A stretch of 64,000 bases of DNA from Raja brachyura. Taxonomy: Eukaryota. This document shows, piece after piece, positions 10,921-23,059 of this stretch. Under the pieces are notes generated by a model that made no database searches, was not told the DNA's origin, and saw only the letters and a program-made list of their open reading frames with translations. A program made the position numbers and the translations under genes. The stretch lies in assembly GCA_963514005.1 (NCBI GenBank), contig OY740787.1, forward strand, positions 84,940,001 to 85,004,000, read 5' to 3'. How positions within the stretch are numbered: position 1 is the first letter of the stretch; each line of letters starts with the position of its first letter.

Positions 10921-11485
10921 AGGGCCTGTCCCACCAGCATGCAACTCTATGCGATGAGCGCAACCTAACGTGGTCGCTTGAGCCGTCCGGCGTCGCGGGG
11001 CTGGTCCCACTTCGATTGCCGGAGCCGTGCGGAATTGTGCGGAGTTCGTCCCGACATCGCGCAGGGCTCCGAAAAACTGACTATATCCAAAAATTCCGCG
11101 CGGCAACGGCTTGTCGGCTCGCAGTCGCCTTGACGCATTACACACCGCCCCGACATCGTGCCTCCATGAACCTATCTGTAGGTGCCTCCGTGACCCTCTA
11201 TGTGTGTGGTTCCGTGGCCCTCTGTGTGTGTGTGCCTCTGTGCCCCTCTCTGTCCTGGTGAACTTACCTTAGACTTCACTCCAAGTTCGCCTCACTTTGC
11301 GCCGCGTTGCGCCAATCACCCGACCTCCGCGCGGCCCCTACTGCCGGTTTGGTTGCGCTTGCCGCATGCAGGCGCATGCTGGTGGGAACGGCCCTGTACA
11401 GGGGATCACCCGACCTCCGCGCGGCCCCCGCTTCTAGTTTGATTGCGTTCATCGCATAGAGTTGCATGCTTGTAGGACAGGCCCT
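10921..11485. mobile_element. PIF/Harbinger-type MITE
   Basis: TAA|AGGGCCTGTCCCACCAGCATGCAACTCTATGCGATGA ... TCATCGCATAGAGTTGCATGCTTGTAGGACAGGCCCT|TAA; ~45-bp TIR and 3-bp TAA duplication. Confidence 0.88.
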
Positions 11486-11819
11486 TAAGGACAAAATCAT
11501 GCCCTTTGGGAAATTGGACTGGCTACTCTTGTGAACTGTTCAGAATACTTTGCCTGATAATTTCCCCAATGTTAGGGACACAGCTGATGACACTGCCATT
11601 CACGCATTGACCATATCTGCCCTCTCAGCCATAACTTGGAGCCTGCGGAAGGGTCCCGAAACAAAACCTTGTCTGCCATTTCCTTGCACAGATATTGCCT
11701 GGCCCACTGAGTTCCTCCAGCAGTTTGTTTTATGGTTATAATTTAAAGATAAAAGTGTAATCTATAACCAAATGGAACAGTCAGTATGACTTTCAGCACA
11801 TTGTTGACTTTATCTAACA

Positions 11820-12510
11820 TAGACAGAAAATGCTTGAGTAACTCAGCGGGTCAGACAGCATCTCTGGAGAAAAGGAATAGGTGATGTTTCGGGTTAAGAC
11901 CCTTCGTTAGACAGAGTCAGGGGAAAGGGAAACAAGATATATAGACAGTGATGTAGCGAGATATAGAACACATGAATGAAATAAATGCAAAAAGTAACAA
12001 TGATAAAGGAAACAGGACATTGTTAGCTGTGGGCTAGGTGAATATGGGTACAGACAGAGAGACCCAACAAGACAAGCTGGTACAATTTGCGTGGGGGAGG
12101 GAAAGAGAGAGGGAATGCAGGGGTTACCTGAAGTAAGAGAACTCAATATTCATACCATTGGGCAGTCACGGTGGCACAGCGGTAGAGTTGCTGCCTTGCA
12201 GCAAAATGCAGCGCCAGAGACCTGGGTTCGATCCCGACTACGGGTGCTGTCTGTATGGAGTTTGTACGTTCTCCCTGTGATCTGCGTGGGTTTTATAGAC
12301 AATAGGGTTTTGGTATCCCCCCACACTCCAAAGACGTACAGGTTTGTAGGTTAATTGGCTTGATAAAAAAAAAGTAAAATTGTCCAAGTTGGTGATATGC
12401 AGAGTACTGCCCTGCCGACTACAAAATTCAGAAGGTTCAGAAGGATTGTAAGCTGCCGAAGCAAAATATGAGATGCTGTTCCTTCAACTTGCATTTAGCC
12501 TCCACCACGT
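11820..12510 (-). mobile_element. Penelope-like 3' fragment split by a SINE
   Basis: pLTR tail at 11820-12159; GIY-YIG end resumes near 12445. Confidence 0.75.
12160..12385 (+). mobile_element. HE1-type V-SINE, 3'-truncated
   Basis: tRNA head with gggttcgatccc B-box and V-domain. Confidence 0.85.
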
Positions 12511-12830
12511 TTAGCCTATTGCTTTTATTATTGTTTACCGAGACATTTGGTGGACATGGGAACACATGTGGGTTGAGGAACTCAGTGCAGGCTGCTCAGA
12601 CATGTCCAAAGTGAGAACAAACGCAGTGTTTCCAACAGCATTTAGTTATTGAGGTGCTCATTCCACGGGTGTCTGAGCCATGACTTTCCTGGCAGCATTT
12701 CACTGGCAGCTTCCTGGGGTGAGGAATGGCAGACTGAGGGATGCCAACAATCTCTGCAATTTACCCAAAACAAGGATGTTTTCACACAGTGCCGGGGAAG
12801 TCAAAATCACAAACTCCACCGTTACTAAAA

Positions 12831-13463
12831 TCAAAAGGATTTGAGTATAGGAGCAGGGAGGTTCTACTGCAGTTGTACAGGGTTTTGGTGAGGCCACACC
12901 TGGAGTATTGCGTACAGTTTTGGTCTCCAAATCTGAGGAAAGACATTCTTGCCATAGAGGGGGTACAGAGAAGATTCACCAGACTGATTCCTGGGATGTC
13001 AGGACTTTCATATGAGGAAAGACTGGATAGACTCGGCTTGTACTCGCTGGAATTTAAAAGATTGAGGGGGGATCTTATAGAAACTTACAAAATTCTTAAG
13101 GGGTTGGACAAGCTAGATGCTGGGAGATTGTTCCCAATGTTGGGGGAGTCCAGAACAAGGGGTCACAGTCTAAGGATAAGGGGGAATTCCTTTAGGACCA
13201 AGATGAGGAAAACATTCTTTACACAGAGAGTGGTGAGTCTCTGGGATTCTCTGCCACAGAAGGTAGTTGAGGCCAGTTCATTGGCTATATTTAAGAGGGC
13301 GTAAGATGTGGCACTTGTGGCTAAAGAGATCAGAGGGTATGGAGAGAAGGCAGGTACGGGATACTGAGTTGGATGATCAGCCATGATCACATTGAATGGC
13401 GGTGCAGGCTCGAAGGGCCGAATGGCCTACTCCTGCACCTATTTTTCTATGTTCTATGTTTCT
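12831..13463 (+). mobile_element. CR1 LINE 3' end
   Basis: LYRVLVRPHLEYCVQFWSP...QRRFTRLIPG..LSYEERL..LGLYSLE...RTRGH; CR1 3' UTR with ctatgtt tail. Confidence 0.95.
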
Positions 13464-13499
13464 AAAAGCTGTGGTGTGGATGTAACTGCCTGCTGGGGT

Positions 13500-13668
13500 G
13501 AGAACTGCAGGTGCTGGTTTAAATCGAAGGTAGACCCAAATTGCTGGAGTAACTGAGCGGGACAAGGCAGCATCTGGAGTCTAAAGAAGGGTCTCGACTC
13601 GAAACGTCACCCATTCCTTCTCTCCAGAGATGCTGCCTGTCCCGCTGAGTTACTCCAGCATTTTGTGT
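13500..13668. mobile_element. Penelope pLTR fold-back element
   Basis: Inverted arms with central gtctaaagaagggtctcgactcgaaacgtcacc. Confidence 0.8.
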
Positions 13669-13832
13669 CTGCAGGCTGTGATTCTAGCCGTTGGCTGGCG
13701 AAGCCTGGCTCAGTAGGTTCGACAGGTGGCCCTGAACTCTGGGTGGCATCAGAATGTTGCTCTCTTGTGGGGCCAGAACTAGTCTGCGGGTTCGGGCTAC
13801 TGATGTCCCTCCGTGAGGAGATAAATAGTTCT

Positions 13833-14385
13833 AACACGGTGGTGTAGAGGTACAATTGCTGCCTTACAGCGCCTGGGAACCCGGGTTCGTTCCTGACTAT
13901 TTTGATTTGATTTAATGTATTGTCATTGTCTTCAATGAAGAGACAACAAAATTATTTTTCCCTTACAGTCATGCAAAAATTAATTTTAAAAAAATAAAAA
14001 AAACACAAAACACAGAACACAGTAGGCCACAACACAAACATCCCCACAGCAGCACCAAAGTTCCCCACTGTGTGGGAAGGAACCAAAGTCCAGCCAACAT
14101 CCTCGCCGATCTTCCCCAATGTTCACCCGTGGTCGGGCCATCCACTATGGGTGCTTGTCTGTACGGAGTTTGTACGGTCTCCCCATGACCTGCATGGGTT
14201 GGCTCCAAGATCTTCAGTTTCCTCCCACACTCCAAAGACGCACAGGTTTGTGGGTTAATTGGCTAGTGTGTGTTTGGTAGTGTTAATGCGTGGGGTTCAT
14301 TATTGGTCGGTGCGGACTAAGTTGGGCCTGAAGGGCCTGTTTCCGCGCTGTATCTCTAAACTAAACTAAACTGAACTGAACTAAA
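13833..14385 (+). mobile_element. HE1-type V-SINE split by an insertion at 13901-14143
   Basis: Head at 13833-13900; body and tail at 14144-14385. Confidence 0.85.
13901..14143 (-). mobile_element. 5'-truncated retroposon 3' end (related to the 5150-5940 family), TSD ACTAT
   Basis: actat at 13896-13900 and 14144-14148; minus-strand hairpin cccacacagtgg...ctgctgtgggg; aatgacaata...aaatcaaatcaaa tail. Confidence 0.65.
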
Positions 14386-15187
14386 TACGGCAGGTCTCCC
14401 TACTGTTGCAGTGTCACGCTGCAGCCCTGACCATCAAGTGCGTCTGGTTGCTCACTCACCTTGAAGCCGCTGGAGAACGGCAAGGTGCCCAGTATGGACA
14501 GGAGTTACCTTTTTGCCACTCAATGACATTAACCTGCTCCAGCTGGTGACATATCTTGGCTCTGTCAGAGCTTCAAGCTGCTCCCGTGTGACAGAGCTGA
14601 TCAGAGTGAGGCCACATTGAAGCAGAAAGGTCACATGGCCTCCCTCTGAGCCTCCCATCAGCAGCTCTGTGAACCAGGAGGTGTTATGGAATGTGGACGT
14701 CTCGAATCTTCAGCAGAGATGTGCATATTAAATCCAGAGTGGACCTCATGGTCCCCTGGCTCTGCACAACCTTCCATAAGGTGGATTCCCAAATGCTCCT
14801 TATCGTAAGAACATACAGACTTAATGGAACAGGTATTGCAGTAGGATCTGGCCTGGTCTCATCTTGGCCTCAGTACTATTTTCCTGTCTGTTCCTTGGTT
14901 CCCCCGCTGTCCACAAGCCTATTGGTTTCAGCCTTAAATATAATCACTGATTCAGTCTTCATAGCTCTCTGCAGGAGCAAATGACACAAACTCACAGCCC
15001 TGCAGGTAACACACTTCTTCACCTCCATCCTAAATGCCGTTATCATAAAATGATGTCCCCTGAACTAAGTATTTGCCATGAGGGGAACCATATCTAAGTA
15101 TCTACTTTGTCAAGCCCCCTTATAACCTTATGTTTCAATAAGATCACTATTTGTCTACCTTATGTTTCAATAAAATCACTATTTATT

Positions 15188-15385
15188 CTGTAGGAAGGAA
15201 CTGCAGATGCTGGTTTAAACCGAAGATAGACACAAAAAGCTGGAGTAACTCAGCGGGACAGGCAGCAAACATCTCTGGAGAGAAGAAATGGGTGACGTTT
15301 TGGGTTGAGACCCTTCTTCGGACTGGAGAAGGGTCTCGACCCGAAATATCACCCATTCCTTCTCTCCAGAGATGCTGCCTGTCTC
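15188..15385. mobile_element. Penelope pLTR fold-back element
   Basis: Head-to-head arms centred on cttcttcggact|ggagaagggtctcgacccgaaa. Confidence 0.82.
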
Positions 15386-16419
15386 ACTATTTATTCTTCT
15401 AAGTTCCAGCAAGCAAAGGCACAACCTGCTAAATTCTTCCTCGCATGATATTCCCTTCATCCCAGGCATCAACACGGAGGACCTTCCCTGAACTGTCTCC
15501 ATTGAAAGTACACCTCCTCCTAAATAAGGAGACCAAAACTGCGCACGATATTCCAGCTGTGGTACCACAGCTGTCACAAGTCTTCCCCACTCACACACTC
15601 CATTCCCTTTCTAATAAAAGGCAGCATTCCACTTGCCATCTTAATAACTTGCTACACCTGCATGCTAACTTGCTCTGTTTCATGTCAACGGACACCCATA
15701 TCCCTTGGTACAGCAACATCCTGAGGTCTCACTATTAAAGTCATATTCAGGATTTCTATTCTTCCTGATTGAAGTCTCTTCTCCCCATTCGCCATTCCAT
15801 TTTTTACTGTGATTTGGATCGCTTTAGTATTTTCTGCAGTCAAAATATCTTTGGTCAAAATCTTTTGCCACCTCCTTACATACCGTTCTTCATTGCTCAC
15901 ATTCATCCTTCCATCGACCCACATTTGCAAGGGCTACATTCTTCCTTTCTGTACACCTGGTGAAGTGTCTCCAGTGTGCATTGTGTATCCACATCAGCCT
16001 GGTAGTGGTAAAATATCCTCGGCTGAGTCCACTGGAGCATGGGCTAACTAAACCCCAAGCCGCAACACCTCTGCCCTGTGTTCTTTGTAACTGGCTCTGA
16101 TTGCAGTTCTTAAATTGTCCATATAACCACCACCCTCTGACCTAATCTGCACAGCTTTAGTGGTGCCTGTGTCTTAGATGGTGTGTTGTACCCCTTATCA
16201 TTGTTGCCTCCTCCTCTTCTTCCCCTTCCTTCGTTCCCTGCTTTATCTCCACCTCTGTGTCCCCTTCTTCTGGAGTTCAAGACACTCATCAATGTCCTGT
16301 AAAGATAACACAGTAGGTGCATTTATAAGCTGCATTCAAAACATCTGCATGATGATGCATCAGCGCTGATGTTAATGGGGGTATTTGCAATTAATCAAAT
16401 CAAAAGCAATATAATAATT

Positions 16420-17030
16420 GAATGGAATGGAATAATCTATTGTCGCATGTGACAAGTCACAGTGAAAGCCTTTGCTTGCATACCCAAGGTATGTAAATAG
16501 TTGACACATAAATGGCACTGACAGTTAAAACGGACCCCATGCAGGCTCCTCCAAGTTCTACCTCCTCCTCCCCTCACCCTCATCGACTGCCGACCGTGGG
16601 CCGACCCACGAGGCTCCATCAGCTACGAGGCCTCACTGCTGCCGCCACTGCTCGCCGCCGCTGAGGCTCACTACTGCCAAAGCTTCACTGCTGCCGAGGC
16701 TCACCGCTGCTGAAGCTTCACCGCTGCCGAGGCTCACCACTGCCAAAGCTTCACCGCTGCTGAAGCTTCACCGCTGCCGAGGCTCACCACTGCCAAAGCT
16801 TCACCGCTGCCGAGGCTCACCGCTGCCGAGGCTCACCGCTGCCGAGGCTCACCACTGCCAAAGCTTCACCGCTGCCGAGGCTCACCGCTGCTGAAGCTTC
16901 ACCGCTGCCGAGGCTCACCACTGCCAAAGCTTCACCGCTGCCGAGGCTCACCACTGCCGAGGCTCACCGCTGCCGAGGCTTACCACTGCCAAAGCTTCAC
17001 CGCTGTCGAGGCTCACTGCCACTGCCAAGG
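16420..17030 (-). mobile_element. non-autonomous retroposon with GC-rich VNTR and LINE-like tail
   Basis: Minus-strand 3' end tttcactgtgacttgtcacatgcgacaatag..(ttcca)n preceded by a GC-rich segment and the minisatellite. Confidence 0.55.
16626..17030. repeat. 16/17-bp minisatellite
   Basis: Interspersed variants gctgccgaggctcacc, actgccaaagcttcacc and gctgctgaagcttcacc. Confidence 0.95.
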
Positions 17031-17149
17031 TGATGAGAATGAAATGCTGCTAGTGAGCAGATCAGTGGGCAAGTTAGTGGGCAACTTGGGCCGAAGGGCC
17101 TGCTTCCACGCTGTATGATGATGACCTGACAGATTGCTGAGTGCTTTTC

Positions 17150-17640
17150 CTCCTGAAGAGTTTTATAGCTTGGTGGACCATCGGCCTGTGCAGGATGGTC
17201 TCATCAATCTTGGTCATGTATTGCACTCAAGATGTCTTCCCATGATGTCTGAATGGATGCTTGACAGCGTGGTGTGTTGTGATATTTGTCTGACTCAGCA
17301 CGAACAGGGAAGAGCGGTATTTGTAATATACTGGGGGTCACTGTGACATATCCAGTAATGTTCAGGGGTGTTTGCTCCTGGAGGAGCCAACAACAATCAC
17401 CTTCGGCAAGCCTCTTCGACGAGCGAACCTAGAAGACTCCTGGCCCATCTGATGCACAGAATATCTCCCAGGTCTTTATGTGCTGCACATAACTTTGACC
17501 TGTGAAATTGAACTGTTCTCTCCCGCTCTCTGCCGTGACATTATTGTAGCTCGGCCACCATGGGAATGCATCTTCAAGAGATGACTCCATTCTGTCATTG
17601 ATGTGCAGCAACAATCTGGTAGCTACTTTGAGCAGTACAT
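17150..17640 (-). mobile_element. very old RTE-like RT relic
   Basis: Weak fragments VLLKVATRL..., AESGRE..., VQHIKTWEI resemble RTE RT domains 1-3. Confidence 0.3.
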
Positions 17641-17960
17641 GGTCCTGTGGGGAATGTATCAGGGCACTATTATAGGGCCCCTTTGTCTACATCATTGGTG
17701 ATCCTCGGACTATCTTTAATTGGACTTTACTGGCTTTACCTTGCACTAAACGTTATTCTCTCATGTGTAGGAAGGAACTGCAGATGCTGGTTTAAATCGA
17801 AGATAGACAAACAAAATTGGAGTAACTCAGCGGGTCAGGCAGCATCTCCGGAGAGAAGGAATGGGTGATGTTTCGGGTCAAGAGCCTCCTTCAGATCATG
17901 TATCTCTACACTGGAAATGGCTCGATTGTAATCATGTATTGTCTTTCTGCTGACTGGTTA

Positions 17961-18280
17961 TGGCCCTGACCCACTGTACGAGTTCATTCAAGAGCTCTCC
18001 CGAGTTTAAAAAAAAAATCAAACTCGTGGTAAGCATGTAGAATGTACGTAGCAGGTACATCGGAGCTCGGGGACGTCTCTTAGCGGCTCGTAACGCTAAC
18101 GGCAGGTACTCGGGAAACGCGGTAAGCTCGGGAAGACTCGTGAAGATTTTTCAACATGTTGAAAAATGTCCACGAGAGCCCCGAGTACCGACGAGCAGCC
18201 ATTACCGTAAATCTTTGAGTTCGAATCAGGGCAAACACGGGAGAACTCTTTGAATTAACTCGTACAGTGGGACAGGGCTT
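17961..18280. mobile_element. PIF/Harbinger-type MITE, family B copy 1
   Basis: TTA|tGGCCCTGACCCACTGTACGAGTT ... AACTCGTACAGTGGGACAGGGCTT|TTA; central palindrome tttttcaacatgttgaaaaa. Confidence 0.88.
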
Positions 18281-18651
18281 TTAGTACGCAACAAAAGGTT
18301 TTCACTGTACCTCGGTACATGTGACAATAAACTAAACTGTACCTGTTATAGTGTGTCTTTCTGAATGTAAATCAGACTGACACTCTTTCAAATATCACTT
18401 TGGCCAACTTTATGATATTTTTCGTGGCATAAAAACGGCAAAATTCAGGTACCAGGCTCCATGACTTTAGGTGTCCATGGCAATGGCCCCACTCTGGTTA
18501 ATGCTACAAGGTGACTGGAGCATTAGCACCAGCTTATCTCCTACATACTGCAACATTGATCATCAATAAAAAAGGAACATTGCAATATGATTAGCAAATT
18601 GTTGATACAGTACCGTTAGCAAAAGAGATGAAGAGCATTTTCAAAGAAGTA

Positions 18652-18984
18652 TTCACAAGTTCACGTTATAGGAGTAGAATTAGGCCATTCGGCCCATCAA
18701 GTCTACTCTGCCATTCAATCATGGCTGATCACTGCCTCCTAATCTAATTTTCCTGCCTTGTCCTCATAACCCTTGACACCCGGTCTAATCAAGAATGTAA
18801 TACCCACTGACTTGGCCTCCACAGCCCTCTGTGGCAATGAGTTCCACAGATTAACTACACTCTGACTAAAGAAGTTCCTCCTCACCTTTTTAAAAAAGCA
18901 CCCTTTAATTTTGAAGTTATGACCTCTAGTCGTAGACTCTCCCACCAGTGGAAACATCCTTTCCACATCCACTCTATCTATGCC
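18652..18984 (-). mobile_element. CR1 LINE 3' end
   Basis: DVERMFPLVGESTTRGH..KIKG...FFSQSVVNLWNSLP plus 3' UTR. Confidence 0.9.
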
Positions 18985-19754
18985 AATATTGCCAACTCCC
19001 TCTGTATATTGACCAACATATAACTGGTTAATTAACTCTTTTGCCGAAGTTATGCTGAAACTAACTGCACCTGTAGCGGAGTTGAAGCCCGCTTTCTATA
19101 CAACAGTTTTGTTTCAACATACAGTACAACATCAGGGTGTGTGCTCTGGCTGGATCAAATCTGGGGATCTCCATTAAATATGTCCCATAGTTTTGTGCTA
19201 AGATGCTTGCTGCTGTGTGGCACTCAGAAGAAATTATCTGTGCATACAAGGGAAAAAAAGGGAAAAAGTTGTTGTTTCCCGTGGCGAATGAGACAGGAGA
19301 AATTATTGGGCAATATGGAAAAGGAATAATTAATGATTAAATAAATATTTATGGGATATGGAATAATTAAACAAATTTTTCTCGTCTGAAGATTACATTG
19401 AAAAGCTTCTTGCAAACAGTGGAATCTTGTTCTTCATTCTTTTCGAGTCCATCGTGTTACAAATGTTGGCCTCGCTGTCATCGTCCGTCCTGAAAAGGAC
19501 GCAAGCTTCTGGCGACAATCAGTGGGAGCCATCACTTGTCGCAATTGATGATGGTGGTAGCAGAATTAGCTCAGGATACTTCCAGTTTCCAGCCCCGCGA
19601 CATGGATGCTTCTGCTATGGGGCCAATAGTAGAAGAAAGAGTTTAGAGTGATTAAGGAACTGAAAGAAATTAGCACTGGTGGCAAAATAGTCGTGGATAA
19701 ATGGACGCGCCTGAAGGGAAATAAAACCAAGGAGCTGGTGAAGATAGAAGAGAC

Positions 19755-20600
19755 CGGACTCTGGAATCTCGATCAACAAGCCAATCGTTGGAGGAACTCA
19801 GCGGGTCAGGCAGCATCTGTGGAGGGAAATGGAAAGACAACGTTTCGGTTCGGGGCCCTTCTTCAGACGGATGGAGAAAGGGTGGGAGAAAGCTGGAAAA
19901 GAGAAGTTGGGATGGGCAAAGCTTGGAAAATAACAGTTGGATACAGGTGGTGAAGGGGCGATTGGAAGAAGAATGGACATAGTGACAAGGCTAGAGTGAA
20001 GTGGAGCCAAAAGGATGTCGCATAAGGGAAGAAGAGGAGGGGAGTGAAATGTAAATATGGAGGGTGGGATATGGGTGGAAGTCGACGGAGGGAATGGGAA
20101 AGGGGGGCGAAATGGGAGCTCAGAGATGGGAGGAGTGGGAGATGACCCGAAGGTGGGAGGGGGTTGGGGGGGGGGGGGGGGTAGACTGGAGAGACGGGAA
20201 TGATGGGAGAAATGTTTGCAACAGGGAGGAGAGCTGTTGGAGTAGGAGTGGGGAGAAAGAGAAGTACAGGGGTCTGGGAGTATTACTTGACATTGAAGAG
20301 TTTATTGTTCACACCATTGAGTTGTAAGCTGCCCGAACGGAATATGAGGTCCGGTATTTCCAGATTGCGTGTGGCCTCACACTGGCAAGGGAGGAGGTGA
20401 AGGGCAGAAACCTCAGTAAGGGAAGGGGAAATGGGGTAAAAATGGATAGCAACCAGGACGTCCAGTTGACGGACCAAGCTCAAGTGTTGGGCAAAGTCTA
20501 TGCTTGGTCTTGCCGATGAAGAGACGGTCACATCGGGAGCAGCAGCGATAGTAGATGAGGGGGCAAGAGGCACAAGTGACCCTCTATCCCTCCCTCCTGG
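19755..20600 (-). mobile_element. Penelope-like 3' fragment (older)
   Basis: Degenerate GIY-YIG end (LIFRSGSLQLNGVN) and a pLTR with CTGAAGA...GAAACGTT at 19836-19870. Confidence 0.75.
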
Positions 20601-20879
20601 AAGTTGAGGATGTACGTGAATGAGAGTGCACTCCAGCCCAATTGATCTTTGCTCTCATAAGTTATGATTAGCTCGCCTGCCTCTTCAATGCTGTAATTCA
20701 TTGATTATCTGCTCATATACCGCTGAGCCAAGGGGATTTGAAGGAATATTTGTCCCATTCCATTGGCTCCAGTCAGACAGTGCCATCCCCTGTCCTTTAT
20801 TGGAACTCACTCAGAGTTACCTGTTCAAAACCCCAACACGTCCATCTCTGGCACAGATGGTTGTCAGTGCCTGAGTTAG

Positions 20880-21760
20880 AAGGGAGTTAGAGTGGGGTTA
20901 AAGCTGCCCTCAGGTTGACTATCTAATGAAGTCATGGGGGTGTGCTGCAATGTCAGAGGTACTGCCTTATAAAGAGGACAGTTAACCGAGTACCCTGCCC
21001 ACTGCTCAGCTGAACATGAAGATCCTTTGGTACACTTGGTATAACAGCCAGGAAGTCAAGTTGCAGATTTATACGACTTTACTGAGGCTACAGTTGGAGT
21101 GTTGTGTGCGGTTCTCTTTGCCATATCATGGAATGGATGTGAAGGCTTTAGAGAGGGGGCTGATGTTTACCAGAATGCTGCCTAGATTAGATTGTATTAC
21201 CTCTAAGAAGTGGGTAGACAAACATGGATTGTTTCCTCTGGAGCGTTTGAGGCTGAAGGGATACTTGATAGAAGTATATAAAATGATAAGAGTCATAAAT
21301 TTGAGTAAATAGTCACAACTTTTTACCCAGGGTGGAAATATCGAAGACAAGAGAGCACAGCTTTAAGGAAAGGGGCAAATTTTAAAGATGTGTGGGGAAA
21401 ATGGTTTACCCAGAGAGTGACGGCTGCCAAGGTGATCATGGACTCGATACGACAGTGACTTTTAAGACGCTTTTAGAATGGCATGTGGATATGCAGAGAA
21501 TGGACAGATAGGGATCATATGTGGGCATAGGAGATTAATTTAACTTTGGCAGGGCCTGATCTGTGCTGTACTGTTCTGTGTTCTATTGTGAAGAACTGTG
21601 GATTTTTCACTCGGTGCCTTATCTTAACTTGGGGCCGTAGAATCGGCCGACCTGGTCTTTTTCATATGGCTGTTTCTGAAGGTTTGCTGTGGCAATAAGG
21701 CTGCCCTGTTTACATTTCAAACCCCATGAACCCACTTCTAAAGTACTTAAGTTAATGGTA
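20880..21760 (+). mobile_element. old Deu-domain SINE relic split by CR1
   Basis: gtgtgctgcaatgtcagaggtactgcc...gttaaccgag...aagatcc (20940-21025) and tttgctgtg...ggctgcc...cacttctaaagtactt (21682-21748). Confidence 0.55.
21036..21585 (+). mobile_element. CR1 LINE 3' end (diverged)
   Basis: QEVKLQIYTTLLRLQLECCVRF...FTRMLP...LIEVYK; tgtactgttctgtgttcta tail. Confidence 0.85.
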
Positions 21761-21791
21761 ATTGCAATTGCCTAAATAGGGTATAAACGGC

Positions 21792-22762
21792 AGTCTTGAG
21801 CTCACATACAATGGGATAGGTTCTCTGAACTCAGTTCATGCTCCCTCTAATTATTCAGTAGGGCGAAAAGGTGAACATTTTAATGTTCTTATGAAGGGAT
21901 TCAACACTGATAAAATATAGTTTAACAACAAAAACTTGTGTATGATGTACAGTGAATAGACAATAGACAATAGACAATAAACAATAGGTGCAGGAGTAGG
22001 CCATTCGGCCCTTCGAGCCAGCACCACGCCATTCAATGTGATCATGGCTGATCATCCCCAATCGGTACCCCGTTACTGCCTTCTCCCCACATCCCCTGAC
22101 TCAGCTATTTTTAAGAGCCCTATCTAGCTATCTGTTAAAAGCATCCAAAGAACCGGCCTCCACCACCCAAGGCAGAGAATTCCACAGACTCACAACTCTC
22201 TGTGAGAAAAAGTGTTTCCTCGTCTACGTTCTAAATTGCTTACTCCTTATTCTTAAACTGTGGCCCCTGGTTCTGGACTCCCCCCACCCCTCCCCCCCCC
22301 CCCCAACATCGGGAACATGTTTCCTGTATCTAGCGTGTCCAAACCCTTAGCAATCTTATATGTTTCAATGAAATCCCCTCTCATCCTTCTAAACTCCAGA
22401 GTGTACAAGCCCAGCCGCTCCATTCTCTCTGCATATGACAATCCCGCCATCCCGGGAATTAACCTTGTAAACCTACGCTGCACTCCCTCAATAGCAAGAA
22501 TGTCCTTCCACAAATTAGTCTTGAGCTCACCTATTCCTTCATTACAGTGGGATCTGTTCTCTGAACTCAGTTCATACTCGCTCTAATTATTCAGTAGAGA
22601 AAAGGTGAACATTTTAATGTTTTTATGAAGGGATTCAACACTGGTTCCTCAATGATTTATGACATTAAACCACAAAGTGCAAAGCTTGAGAAGTTCTTTG
22701 TGGATTTGGAGAGTGATAAAATATAGTTTAACAACAAATACTCGTGTATGATGTACAGTGAA
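21792..22762. repeat. direct duplication of unique sequence flanking the CR1 (21792-21956 and 22517-22762)
   Basis: agtcttgagctcac...ttctctgaactcagttcat...aagggattcaacactg...ataaaatatagtttaacaacaaa...gtatgatgtacagtgaa occurs on both sides. Confidence 0.92.
21957..22510 (-). mobile_element. CR1 LINE 3' end
   Basis: KDILAIEGVQRRFTRLIPGMAGLSYAER...; (tattgtc)n tail. Confidence 0.93.
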
Positions 22763-23059
22763 GTTTTTTCTGTCCAATTTTCAGACAACCGGCATATTCA
22801 TGATGCAGGCATCCCATTCCCAACAGATGCTGAGTGGCTGAGAGTGTACCGTATAAAGCTTCATGCTTAATTACGACATTTTTTACTGCTTAGCCCCAGC
22901 GCATTATATCTACTTGCACAATCCATTGGGATTATTGAAGGTTTTTTATCTGGAGTGTTGTGAGATGTTTAACGTATACTTTGCACATAACAGGCTATAA
23001 TACAGCCCTTAAACTCCCTGGAAGCACATGAATGTGAGTAAGGCCAGTGTCTCCGCACT

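Noticed and set aside
12741-13304. 187-aa ORF as a host gene
   Set aside because: CR1 ORF2 C-terminus of a 5'-truncated copy.
14452-14780. Possible minus-strand exon (GTGAG donor near 14459)
   Set aside because: No recognisable protein similarity, no convincing partner exon, and it lies far past the FTCDNL1 stop.
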